DNA from: Armatimonadota bacterium
Lineage (GTDB): Bacteria; Armatimonadota; UBA5829; DSUL01
Length of the DNA stretch: 64,000 nucleotides
Assembly: GCA_039811685.1 (NCBI GenBank)
Contig: JBDHZC010000002.1
Location: 224,001-288,000 of the forward strand
Direction of reading: 5' to 3'
Position numbers and translations under genes: made by a program. Below, in pieces: positions 32,235-43,121 of this stretch (within the stretch, counting starts at the first letter, position 1; every line of letters starts with the position of its first letter). Below the pieces are notes generated by a model. That model was not told where the DNA came from and did not search any database. It worked only from the letters and a program-made list of their open reading frames with translations.

Positions 32235-33992
32235 TTATTTTCTCAGGTCCGAGATGCCCACCATTTTCAGATTCCGGCTCCTGAAGTTCGCGATCATCGC
32301 CGGAAACGCTTTCAGAGTCGTTGGTTCACAGTTGTGCAACAGCAGGACTGACCCTGCCTGCACTTTAGCCGCAGCGTATTGTTCCATTGTGGCCACCGGT
32401 CCTCCTTCATACGGCCCGACATGAGTCGTCCACATGACCGGCGTAAGGCCGAACTCAGCCGCAGTGCGCCGCGCCACCGCATTGAGATGCCCGCCCGGCG
32501 GGCGGAAAAAGCGCGGAATCTGTCCCGTAAGCTCGTGTATTATTGATATCGGCCCAAACAGCTCCCTAATAAACTCCTCGGTGTTGAGCTGGGTCATGCT
32601 GCGGTGCGACTCGGAATGGCAGGCCAGCTCGTGACCGCCAGCCGCAATCTTCTTCAGCAAATCAGGATATCTGCGAGCCTGCGATCCGACGATGAAAAAT
32701 GTCGCTCTTACGCCACTGGCGCTCACGGCCTCCAGTAATGACTCTGTACCATCATTAGGCCCGTCGTCAAAAGTTACGGCAATGCTGTGGTCAGTTCCTT
32801 TGCCCTTCCACACTGTCTCCAGAGCGGAAAAGCGTGTCAGGCTCTTCCACCTCGATCCTGCATCACGGTAGAAAGGCTCGCTTGCCAGCACTCTTTCGTA
32901 GTGAAGCATGGCTTCTCTGGACCGCCCACTCTGCTCTGCAATCCTGCCAAGTTCGTATTCATTCCACGTATGACACGGCCCAAGTCTCAACAGTTCCCAC
33001 AGCGCCTGGATCAACCGGTCGGCCGCCGGCCCGGTAATTGGCGCACCCGGCGAGGGCGCGACGTTTGTGACCATCACCTGCTGAGAGGTCTCTCCCAGGA
33101 CGTACCCGGCTCCCGTCTGGCTGCGCATCGTCACAGTGTGCACACCGTTGGCTACGCGGCTGGTATCCCAGGATATTTCATAGGGCGGCGCGTTCACGAT
33201 GCCGATAACACTGTCGTCCACCATGAACTGGACGTATTCTGCCCCCGGAGTTTTGCTTCTATCCGCACGGAGCCGCACGACTCCTGAAAACCCGGTGAGA
33301 GGTCCGGCCTGAACCTGCCCCAGGATTTCAGACGCAGCGTTGCTCAGGCTCACATAGTGCACCGGCGCTGCGGGATCCATACTGAAGCCCAGACCAGAAT
33401 CCAGAGCCGCGACGGGCTCCGTCCTGCGTTTGACAGAACTCAACAGAGCTTCCGCTTTCGGCAAATCTCCCGCGCGAAGGCTGGCGTAAGCCGCCATCTG
33501 AACGAAGGCAGGCTCGTTCCTGACTCTGTCAGGCCCTCCGCCCCTCAGCACATCAATATAGGCGCTGAGCGCCTGCAGATCCTCTGTCTGCACCCATTTT
33601 CCGGAAGAGGGCAGACGGCTCCGGGCAGCTCCAAAATCCCGGCGGGCCAGACTGCACACAGCTTTGCCGTAAGCGCAGATGTCGCCCGGAGCATTCATCT
33701 TGATCGCTTCGTCAAAGGCTTTGTCCGCCTCCGCAAAAGCGCCGCAATGCAGGTAGATTACAGGCCGGACGAGGTAGGCCAGGCGCTCATCCCGCCTCTG
33801 CTCCAGCGCAGCCACCAGCGCCTGGTGCGCACTCACGCAGCTTCCCGACTCAAGCTCCTGAAGCGCTGTAGCCAGGCGCTCCAGATACAGCCTGTCAGGC
33901 GCAGGCAGAGCCGCGCGCGCAGGCGCAGCGACACCGGTGATTACGGCGGCGAGAAATACAATGAAGACAGCGAGTTTGTTCCAAAAAATCAC
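32235..33992 (-). CDS. Secreted polysaccharide deacetylase (CE4/NodB) with TPR-like and Ig-like domains
   Basis: TFDDGP, H.ESH, RPPGG, LLLH. Ig-like PPY..SWDT..V.NG.HT segment. TPR-like helices and a signal peptide. Confidence 0.85.
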   Translation of the reverse strand: MIFWNKLAVFIVFLAAVITGVAAPARAALPAPDRLYLERLATALQELESGSCVSAHQALVAALEQRRDERLAYLVRPVIYLHCGAFAEADKAFDEAIKMNAPGDICAYGKAVCSLARRDFGAARSRLPSSGKWVQTEDLQALSAYIDVLRGGGPDRVRNEPAFVQMAAYASLRAGDLPKAEALLSSVKRRTEPVAALDSGLGFSMDPAAPVHYVSLSNAASEILGQVQAGPLTGFSGVVRLRADRSKTPGAEYVQFMVDDSVIGIVNAPPYEISWDTSRVANGVHTVTMRSQTGAGYVLGETSQQVMVTNVAPSPGAPITGPAADRLIQALWELLRLGPCHTWNEYELGRIAEQSGRSREAMLHYERVLASEPFYRDAGSRWKSLTRFSALETVWKGKGTDHSIAVTFDDGPNDGTESLLEAVSASGVRATFFIVGSQARRYPDLLKKIAAGGHELACHSESHRSMTQLNTEEFIRELFGPISIIHELTGQIPRFFRPPGGHLNAVARRTAAEFGLTPVMWTTHVGPYEGGPVATMEQYAAAKVQAGSVLLLHNCEPTTLKAFPAMIANFRSRNLKMVGISDLRK

Positions 33993-34134
33993 TACACTAC
34001 ATGACGCACCGGACGCCGAGCGTGTTCTCCAATTCCAAACAGGGGGTCAACGAACGGAGTCGGGCGTGGCTTGCGGGACATTAAAGCTCAATCCGCCAGG
34101 TACAGCCCACCAGACGGCCTGAAGCCGGCCGACT

Positions 34135-34653
34135 TCAGTTCTTGGTTGAATCCCGCTGGACAATCTCCGGACCGGCGCGACTCACTTTGCACAGAGCCGT
34201 CATGACCTTGTCCCACAGTGTCACCGTCTGAGGCTCGGGCGCGGTCAGGCGCTGCGCCAACTGATCCTGCCCCGGCAACACAAAAGGCACTTCACCAGGC
34301 TTGATATATCCGTAGTCACGTGAAAGCGCGACGGCTCCGCGGGGAGATTCGGCAAACTTGAGCTGCCACTTCAGGTCTTCCTGCTTCTGGCGCTCCTCTT
34401 TCACTTTGCGCTCAAGGGCGGGTGTGTCGCGGGAAACAAGCCAGATGGCGCAGAACGGCCGTATCGCGTACGTAGCCCCTTCAAAGAGGACAGCGAGCAC
34501 AGCAAAAATCACGAAATAGCGCCTTATCAGCGCTCGAGGGGTGGCCCTGGCGCGGTTATCTGTCTTGCGCGACCTTGAAACGCGAGGTTTTTTGAGAGGC
34601 TCGACTGGAAGTCTGTTGAGCCTGAGGAGATCCTTCTCCGCTTCCGTGGGCAT
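34135..34653 (-). CDS. Probable septum formation initiator (FtsB/DivIC-like) bitopic protein
   Basis: Single TM helix, coiled coil, then SRDYGYIKPGE (compare AR..LG..KPGE). Downstream of eno-pyk. Confidence 0.6.
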   Translation of the reverse strand: MPTEAEKDLLRLNRLPVEPLKKPRVSRSRKTDNRARATPRALIRRYFVIFAVLAVLFEGATYAIRPFCAIWLVSRDTPALERKVKEERQKQEDLKWQLKFAESPRGAVALSRDYGYIKPGEVPFVLPGQDQLAQRLTAPEPQTVTLWDKVMTALCKVSRAGPEIVQRDSTKN

Positions 34654-34721
34654 CCTGCACTTCTCCACCAACCAGCGAATGCCCAGGGCGATCCCTCACC
34701 CAGGACTCCGCCGGTCTTTCT

Positions 34722-36155
34722 CTACCCGATACTGTCACCAACGCGATGGTATTTGATGAGACTGGTATTGCCGGGCACTCCGGCCCGGACACCCGCAATG
34801 ATGATAACCCAATCATGCAGGTTTACAACGCCGGTGTCAATGGCTCCTTTCACGGCTGTTGAAATCATGTCGTCCATGCTCGCCTGTCCTTCAGTCCGAT
34901 ACGGCCGCACACCCCACGAAAGCGCGAGCTGCCCCCGGACAAACTCAGCGGAGACGGATGCCAGGACAGGAACGGAAGGACGCTGCTTGCTCACGGCCCG
35001 GGCTGTTGCGCCTGTTGCGGTGCAGCTTATAATCGCCTTGACATCCAGCTCCTCCGCCATAGTCGCCGCGGCCATGGCGATGGCGTCTGTGGAAGATATT
35101 CCGGAGCGAGAGCGTGTTCTGCCCCGTTGTGAGGAGTCTCCAAGCAGATACTCTTCTGCCTGCTCCGCCACCTGGGCCATTGTCTGAACGCATTCGACCG
35201 GATAGCGCCCGATAGCTGTCTCTTCGCTCAGCATCACGGCGTCAGTTCCATCCAGAATAGCATTAGCGATATCTGCCGCTTCGGCGCGCGTTGGACGTGG
35301 ACTGTCAACCATGCTCATCAACATCTGCGTGGCGACAATAACCGGCTTTCCGGCCGCGCGACACTTCTTGATAATCTCTTTTTGAATCAGTGGAACCTGC
35401 TGAATCGGGATTTCAATTCCCAGATCTCCACGCGCGACCATCACCCCATCAAAAGCCGCAATGATCTCATCGAGATGATCCAGCGCCTGTTTGCGCTCGA
35501 TTTTCGCCAGAAAGCGCACGCGGCTGCCCACCGACCTGGCAGCCTCTCTGAAGGGAATCACATCCTGGGGACTGGCGACAAAGGAGACGGCCACCCAGTC
35601 AACACCGGCTTCCATTCCAAAACGCAGATGCTCCAGATCGACCGTAGTCGCCGGTGGCAGCGCAACCTGACTGTCGGGAACGTTGACTCCCTTGTGACTG
35701 CGCAGCACTCCGCCAACTACCACTTCCGCAGTCACGCCGTCGCTGTCTTTGGCCAGCACTCTCAGATCCAGCATTCCGTCGGCCAGGTAGAAGTGAGTCC
35801 CAGAGGACATGCCCACCAGAATCTCCGGATGCGGGAGACCGATGCGCTGCGCATCACCCAGCGCCACATCTGCTTCGAAGCGCACCCGGCGGCCGGTTTC
35901 AAGTGTAGCAGACCCACCCTTGAGCGCGCCTATGCGAATCTTGGGTCCCGGCAGATCCTGCAGCACGCCAACGGCGATCCCACGCTCCTCAGCCACTGCG
36001 CGAACCGCCTCAATGTTGGCCCGGTGAAAGGCGTGAGTCCCGTGCGAGAAGTTCAGCCGCGCGACGTTCATTCCCGCGTCTGTCAACGCTTCAATAGCTT
36101 CCTGCCCACTGCTCGCCGGTCCCAGTGTGCAGACTATCTTTGTGCGGCGCGCCAC
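34722..36155 (-). CDS. pyk: Pyruvate kinase
   Basis: TKIVCTLGP, RLNFSHG, DLPGPKIR, MVARGDLG, ATQM..SM, PTRAE, DGTDAVMLS.ETA. Confidence 0.97.
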   Translation of the reverse strand: MARRTKIVCTLGPASSGQEAIEALTDAGMNVARLNFSHGTHAFHRANIEAVRAVAEERGIAVGVLQDLPGPKIRIGALKGGSATLETGRRVRFEADVALGDAQRIGLPHPEILVGMSSGTHFYLADGMLDLRVLAKDSDGVTAEVVVGGVLRSHKGVNVPDSQVALPPATTVDLEHLRFGMEAGVDWVAVSFVASPQDVIPFREAARSVGSRVRFLAKIERKQALDHLDEIIAAFDGVMVARGDLGIEIPIQQVPLIQKEIIKKCRAAGKPVIVATQMLMSMVDSPRPTRAEAADIANAILDGTDAVMLSEETAIGRYPVECVQTMAQVAEQAEEYLLGDSSQRGRTRSRSGISSTDAIAMAAATMAEELDVKAIISCTATGATARAVSKQRPSVPVLASVSAEFVRGQLALSWGVRPYRTEGQASMDDMISTAVKGAIDTGVVNLHDWVIIIAGVRAGVPGNTSLIKYHRVGDSIG

Positions 36156-36192
36156 GGCTATAGTGTCCCTCGCCCAGGAGTACGGTAAAGAT

Positions 36193-36242
36193 GAAAACAG
36201 GCAGTCAGAGCCTGAAAACGTAACGCACCTGCTCCGACTGCC
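36193..36242 (-). terminator. Long-stem terminator-like hairpin after eno
   Basis: Minus strand GGCAGTCGGAGC...GCTCTGACTGCC followed by TGTTTTC. Confidence 0.6.
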
Positions 36243-36251
36243 CTCACAGCG

Positions 36252-37556
<1,305 letters not shown>

Positions 37557-37740
37557 TTATGTGTGGCTTTCACGGCGCCCTTGCTCTGATGAGACCGCGA
37601 GGATTTTAGCCGAAACCGCCTCCTCGAGCCAGACGCAAGGGTCTGGCTCGAGGAGTGCCTTACCCACTGAGAGTAGCAGGTTTGGAGGAACTTGTACTGG
37701 GGGAGCTAACTCTCAGGCGATAACCTTGGAGGAGATGGAT

Positions 37741-38721
37741 ATGGCGGATGCAATCAGATGGGGTATTCTTGGCGCGGGTGGTATCGCGCGCAAAATGGCG
37801 GAGGCGCTAAATGCGCTTCCAGACGCGGACCTGGCAGCGGTAGGCTCACGAGATATTGAGAAAGCGCGCAAATTTGCCTCCGAGTGCGGGATAGCGAAGG
37901 CTTATGGCAGCTACGCTGAGATGGCCGCCGATGACAACCTCGACATCATTTATGTCGCCACCGCTCATCCGTACCACAAAGACTGCACGGTCCTGTGCCT
38001 GGAGCATGGGAAGGCCGTACTGTGCGAAAAACCCTTCGCGGTCAACTTTGCGGAAGCCGAGCAGATGGTGGAGACGGCGCGAAAGCAAAAGCGATTTCTA
38101 ATGGAGGCGATGTGGACGCGCTTTCTTCCAGTGATGGAAAGAGCGCGCCAGATGGTCTCAGAAGGCGCCATTGGGGAGTTGCGAATGCTGCAGGCGGATT
38201 TTGGCTTTCGCGCCGGATGGGATCCGTCCGGCCGTCTCCTGAACCCACAGCTTGCGGGCGGAGGATTGCTGGACGTGGGCGTTTACACGGTATCCCTGGC
38301 TTCCTGGTTTTTGGGCGCTCCGGAGCACATCGCATCCCTGGCGCATCTCGGACAAACCGGAGTGGATGAACAGTGCGCCATGCTGCTTGGGTATGGCGGT
38401 GGAGAGGTGGCGATACTCTCCTCGGCCGTGCGTACAAACACTCAGCATGAAGCTGTGCTGATGGGCTCTGAGGGGATGATTCGCATCCCAAACTTCTGGC
38501 GCGCCACCAGAATGACTGTCACAAAGGGCGACGAGACAGAGACTATCGAGATGCCCCTTGCCATAAACGGGTTTGAGTACGAGGCGGAGGAGTGCATGCG
38601 GTGCATCCGGCAGGGCAAAACCGAAAGCGAAGTCATCGGGCTGAACGAAACACTGTCCATCATAAGAACAATGGATGAGATTCGCAGCCAGTGGGGACTG
38701 AAGTATCCGATGGAGGCGTGA
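37741..38721 (+). CDS. Gfo/Idh/MocA family oxidoreductase
   Basis: WGILGAGGIA, LCEKP, MEAMWTRFLP, GGGLLDVGVY. GGAGGAG RBS. Confidence 0.93.
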   Translation: MADAIRWGILGAGGIARKMAEALNALPDADLAAVGSRDIEKARKFASECGIAKAYGSYAEMAADDNLDIIYVATAHPYHKDCTVLCLEHGKAVLCEKPFAVNFAEAEQMVETARKQKRFLMEAMWTRFLPVMERARQMVSEGAIGELRMLQADFGFRAGWDPSGRLLNPQLAGGGLLDVGVYTVSLASWFLGAPEHIASLAHLGQTGVDEQCAMLLGYGGGEVAILSSAVRTNTQHEAVLMGSEGMIRIPNFWRATRMTVTKGDETETIEMPLAINGFEYEAEECMRCIRQGKTESEVIGLNETLSIIRTMDEIRSQWGLKYPMEA

Positions 38722-38807
38722 CTGCGAAGCTCTGCGACAAAGGAGACCGAAGCGGTGCGGTCTAACTAACACATTACTACCCGCACTGAAGTGAGGACGC
38801 CTCCCCT

Positions 38808-40865
38808 TTGCCTGAGCCACCGACGGATCATCTGGCCAAAATACAACACTGCGGGGCTGAAAGAGCCAGCGCAGCGGACTGCGAAAGCGACCTGAAAATC
38901 GAGGTCGGCGATTCCGGGCGACACGGCGGTGTGAGCGCGCGCGCCGTCCTCACGTCACTGGCGTTGATCGTAGCCATGTGCTGGTGGATCACCTACTCTG
39001 AAGTGCGCACAGGCACGACAGAGATTACCTGCACAGCGCTGCCAATCGGGGCGATCTTTGCGCTGTTTGTTGTGTGTAGCCTCAACGCATTTGTGCAGAG
39101 TGTGCGCCCGGCAGCGGCGTTCAAGCCCGGAGAGCTTGCCACAATTTACATCCTGACCGCCGTCGGCTCCTCAGTAGCGGGGATCGGAATGATCGGCTTT
39201 CTCACTCCGGCGCTGGCCAATCCCCTCTGGTTTCCGTTTGACCACTGGAAGGAGATGGCAGACGCTGTCCCCTGGTCCTGGGCGCCGCGCGACCAGGAAG
39301 CCATTCGCGCTTTTTATGTGGGCAACAGCACGTTGTACACATGGGCGCACATTCGCGCATGGATTCCACCGCTTCTGGTCTGGGGTGGGTTCCTGCTGCT
39401 GATTCTTTTTATGATGTTGTGCTTCGCCGCAATTCTCCGGCGGCAGTGGATTGAAAATGAGCGCCTGACTTTTCCTATCACTTACGTACCAGTCGCCATG
39501 ACCATGTCACCGGGAGGATTCGGAGAGCTGATGCGTGGCCGCGCAATGTTGATAGGATTTTTGATTCCGGTGGTGCTGCAGTCTATCAACAGCCTGAACT
39601 GGCTGTTTCCGCAGATTCCCGCGATTCCGCTCAAACCCACAGCCGGCGGGCCGCTGGATCTCGGTCCGTTCTTCAGGACACCACCCTGGAATGCGCTTGG
39701 CTATTTCCCTCTGGCGTTTCACCCGAACACCATCGGCCTGTCCTATATTCTCACCACAGACGTCTCGTTCAGTTGCTGGTTTTTCTATCTGGTGCGCAAG
39801 TTCTCTGAAGTCTGGTGCGTTGCGCTCGGTTGGCGCACTGGCTCGGGAAGCTCGGCCTTTGCCAGAATGCCGTTTTCGTCTGAGCAAGGCGTTGGAGCCT
39901 GGCTGGCGCTGGCGGCTCTGGCTCTCTGGATTGCGCGAAAACACCTGGCTGCGGTCTGGCGCGGCGCTATGCGACCGTCTGAAGCCAACGACGCAGATGA
40001 GGGTATGTCCTATAGAACGGCAGTATTTGGCGCGATAGCCTGCTTTGCAGGAGCCATTGCGTTTGCGTGCTGGGGCGGGCTGCCGCTGATTGCGTCTGCG
40101 CTGTTGTTTGGGATATTCGGCGCTTACATGCTTGCGCTCACACGCATCCGGGCGGAAGTAGGCACGGCGTGGAACTTCGGCCCGTGGGTGAATCCACCGG
40201 AGATGGTGGTGCGCACTCTCGGGCCTATGAACTTCAGCACTCACGCTCTGGCTGCGCTGGCCTACCACGGATGGTACAACATGGACTACCGCTCCATGAC
40301 AGCGCCTCACCTATTTGAAGGCTACAAAATCGGAGAGCAGGGACGTCTGCGCACGCGAAGGCTGACGCTGGCCATGGTAGCGGCCGTTGTTGTGGGCATC
40401 CTCTGCGCGTCCTGGACTGTGCTGCATCTGTACTATACGTACGGCGCAGGCACAGCCAAGGTGAACCCGTGGCGCATTGAGATGGGCCAGATCCCCTATA
40501 CCAGGGCGGCCTCGCACATTCTGGAGCGCGACGTGGGCCCAGACTTTCCCGGGCTGACCGCTGCGGGCGTGGGCGCCGCCATCACAGTGTTACTCAGCAT
40601 AGCCCGGACGCAGTTTGTGTCGTGGCCCTTCCACCCGGCCGGCTACGCTGTCGCCAACACCTATATCACCGACCTCCTCTGGTTCCCTTTCTTTCTGGGG
40701 TGGCTGGCCAAGCTCTTGACGCTGAAGTTTGGCGGGATGAAGTTCTACCGCAAAGCGCTGCCCTTTTTCATTGGGTTGATCCTGGGCGACTATGTGATCG
40801 CAAGCCTGTGGACCTTTGTCGGCATCATCCTGAACAGCGATATGTACCGCTGTTTCCCGAACTAG
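38808..40865 (+). CDS. DUF6785/DUF6784-type polytopic membrane protein (putative OPT-like transporter)
   Basis: Many TM segments; RRQW..NERL.FP, TRIRAE.G, WPFHP.GY, PFF.GLILG. Start uncertain. Confidence 0.75.
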   Translation: MPEPPTDHLAKIQHCGAERASAADCESDLKIEVGDSGRHGGVSARAVLTSLALIVAMCWWITYSEVRTGTTEITCTALPIGAIFALFVVCSLNAFVQSVRPAAAFKPGELATIYILTAVGSSVAGIGMIGFLTPALANPLWFPFDHWKEMADAVPWSWAPRDQEAIRAFYVGNSTLYTWAHIRAWIPPLLVWGGFLLLILFMMLCFAAILRRQWIENERLTFPITYVPVAMTMSPGGFGELMRGRAMLIGFLIPVVLQSINSLNWLFPQIPAIPLKPTAGGPLDLGPFFRTPPWNALGYFPLAFHPNTIGLSYILTTDVSFSCWFFYLVRKFSEVWCVALGWRTGSGSSAFARMPFSSEQGVGAWLALAALALWIARKHLAAVWRGAMRPSEANDADEGMSYRTAVFGAIACFAGAIAFACWGGLPLIASALLFGIFGAYMLALTRIRAEVGTAWNFGPWVNPPEMVVRTLGPMNFSTHALAALAYHGWYNMDYRSMTAPHLFEGYKIGEQGRLRTRRLTLAMVAAVVVGILCASWTVLHLYYTYGAGTAKVNPWRIEMGQIPYTRAASHILERDVGPDFPGLTAAGVGAAITVLLSIARTQFVSWPFHPAGYAVANTYITDLLWFPFFLGWLAKLLTLKFGGMKFYRKALPFFIGLILGDYVIASLWTFVGIILNSDMYRCFPN

Positions 40866-40971
40866 CCAGCGGGCTGACGCAGGTCTCCGGGTGTCAAGAA
40901 CGCGACTCCGAGTGAGGCTTGAGGGGCTCGACTTCGTAGCTGCCCAGTCCGCCGAGTTATCTCCTGCGTAC

Positions 40972-41040
40972 AAAAAATGCACGGCGGCAAACTGAGAAGG
41001 GAAAGAAGTAACTAAGAAACCTTCAAGTTCACCGCCGTGC
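40972..41040 (-). terminator. Long hairpin plus U-tract downstream of ric (terminator or small RNA)
   Basis: Minus strand GCACGGCGG..TGAACT..GAAGG / CCTTC..AGTTTG..CCGCCGTGC then ATTTTTT. Confidence 0.6.
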
Positions 41041-41132
41041 TTCAGTGTAAGCGCGAAGGAAACTGCATGGCGCGATACGTCAAAGACCGATAGGTACGAA
41101 TCGCACCTGAAGTTGTCACTCAGACCGCTTTG

Positions 41133-41864
41133 TCAGGCGACAGGCGCGGCTGAGTTCAGATCCTGCTCGAGCACGATAGACTTGGGGAACAGAATGTTGT
41201 TCTCCAGATGAATGTGCCGGAAAAGGTCATCTTCGAACTCCTTGAGAAGTGAGTACGTGACCATATAGGTGTTGCAGGCATCTGGCGGCGGAGTGTACTT
41301 GTCGCTCAGCACAGACATCTTGTGGAAGCGCTCGCCCACAGCATCGTGATCGTGATGCATGCTGGCGATGGGAACCTCCACAGAAGAAGAATCCTGCGCG
41401 CTCCCCTTCTTCGAGTCTACGAGCTTGCGAATCTGAGGGAAAAGGCCGGACTCTTCCTTGTCCATGTGCTCCACGAGCTCCTTGGCAGACTCAGAAAAGA
41501 GCTCATTGATGTCCACCAGCTCCGGATGGCGCCCACCGTGAACACGCATAATCTTGTCCAGATATGGCGTGATCTCCTCAATTCGATGGCGGACGTAGCG
41601 GTGGTGCGTCTTCTCAATGTAGTCCGCCAGCAAATCCAGCGGCCAGGAGTTGTAATCCTGCTCTTCGGTCTGCGCCGGGGTGGCCTCGACCTCTTTGAGC
41701 TGCGCAATAAGGTCATCCACATTCAAATTGCTCTGCTCACATGCGTGCTGAATGGAGTGGTTTCCCTTGCAGCAGAAATCGATACCGGCCGCTCTGAAAA
41801 CACCGGCATACCGGTAGTTCTCTGCGACAATCTGTCCTACGTTGCTTTGTGGTGTAATGTTCAT
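41133..41864 (-). CDS. ric: Iron-sulfur cluster repair di-iron protein (Ric/YtfE/ScdA)
   Basis: GIDFCC, HHRY, HM.KEE..LFP, M..DHD, HIHLENNILFP. Confidence 0.95.
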   Translation of the reverse strand: MNITPQSNVGQIVAENYRYAGVFRAAGIDFCCKGNHSIQHACEQSNLNVDDLIAQLKEVEATPAQTEEQDYNSWPLDLLADYIEKTHHRYVRHRIEEITPYLDKIMRVHGGRHPELVDINELFSESAKELVEHMDKEESGLFPQIRKLVDSKKGSAQDSSSVEVPIASMHHDHDAVGERFHKMSVLSDKYTPPPDACNTYMVTYSLLKEFEDDLFRHIHLENNILFPKSIVLEQDLNSAAPVA

Positions 41865-41875
41865 GCTTATTAGTC

Positions 41876-42652
41876 TTAGTTTTTTTCCGCTATTATGGCA
41901 ACAGCATTCAAGTGCGGCTCATACTTTCGAAACACTCTGCGCATCTCCGCAATCCTCTTCCGAGCCTGCGGGTGCAGAAGGATGTTGACGTTGATTTTGA
42001 TCGCTCTGAAGAAGCCTTCATCATCCAGCACTCGCTTCGACTCCAACAGATGCATGGTGTTGGTGTCAACTGACCTGATAGTGAATCCTTCTTTCTCGAG
42101 CAGTGCCTTCCACTGACTCACGGTCCGCGGACGGGCGTTGACTCGGATTACACGGGCAAGCTCCTTTCGGATCTCTGTCTCCAGATCCTCTCCAAGATTT
42201 TCGGGGCACAGGCCCAACTCGTGAATTCCGTACAGCCCACCCTTGCGCAGTACGCGATACGCTTCTCCTATGATTTTCGACTTCTGCGCGTCTGACTGCA
42301 TTGTCAGCATCGCTTCGCCGTAAACTTTGTCCCGGCTCTCTGCCGGTAATCCCGTCTGCTCAGCGCTGCCAAGGAGAAAGGATGTGTTGCCGTTTCTTAT
42401 ACCCCTCCTGAGCAGCTTCACCGCGTCCTCATCCGCATCAATTCCCACGTAAGACTGTGGGTGTCTGGCAAGAGCAAGCGCCGCAGTGTACCCGAGTCCC
42501 GGCGCAAACTCAGCGACGCGATCCTGAGGTGAAATATGTAGCCCTTCGATCAGCTTGTGAGTGAGCTCTTTGCCACCGGGGCGCAGTACTCTCTTGCCCA
42601 TACGCGCGAGGATCCAGTGACCTTTGGCTTTTGCAAAATTGTCTTTGTCCAT
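41876..42652 (-). CDS. Class I SAM-dependent methyltransferase
   Basis: GKRVLRPGG, EFAPGLG, GID, GEAMLTM, RVL..GG.Y..HE. Confidence 0.85.
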   Translation of the reverse strand: MDKDNFAKAKGHWILARMGKRVLRPGGKELTHKLIEGLHISPQDRVAEFAPGLGYTAALALARHPQSYVGIDADEDAVKLLRRGIRNGNTSFLLGSAEQTGLPAESRDKVYGEAMLTMQSDAQKSKIIGEAYRVLRKGGLYGIHELGLCPENLGEDLETEIRKELARVIRVNARPRTVSQWKALLEKEGFTIRSVDTNTMHLLESKRVLDDEGFFRAIKINVNILLHPQARKRIAEMRRVFRKYEPHLNAVAIIAEKN

Positions 42653-43121
42653 ATGCTTTGCGTGCTGGCATCTGCTGGCGCCGCACAGAGTAGCCGATGA
42701 ACACGGCGGAGCCGGATATTTGCTCCGCGCTGCCCGGCTTACACGTTGACGCTGAGAAACCTTAGATTTCTTTCAGATTCAAAAGGCCTCCGGAAGGCAT
42801 TGAGCCAGACCAACAGCAGTGTTCACGCTCGAAGGGTCCTCAGGTCGTTAGTACGCGCGGACTCGCGGAAAAGATTGGCTTACATGCATCTCAGTGGCAA
42901 CACGAACTGGTTAGAGTTTACCCAAAAACCAGAAGAAGTCGCATCCCGATATATCTCAGGTGTTGGCCGTGCGAACGAGAGGAGTCCGGACACAAAGCCA
43001 GCGAATGCGCAGTTTTGCAGAGCCGCACTCCGGGCCAGGCCGTGGAGTCTGGTATAATTGATACAGGCGTCGGCTATTTGCGCAGAGACGCTGCCCCTTC
43101 GAGCCGTTGTGAGTGACTATT

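Noticed and set aside
42911..42930. TTAGAGTTTACCCAAAAACC resembling an IS terminal inverted repeat
   Set aside because: No partner inverted copy and no transposase were seen in the window.
42979..42990. GAGGAGTCCGGA resembling the RNase P GAGGAAAGUCC motif
   Set aside because: Imperfect match, with no 3' ACAGAA..CGGCUUA partner or other RNase P helices downstream.
42746..43057. 103-aa plus-strand ORF in the AT-richer gap
   Set aside because: TTG start, no RBS and no motifs. It cannot be supported as a gene, although a decayed remnant cannot be excluded.
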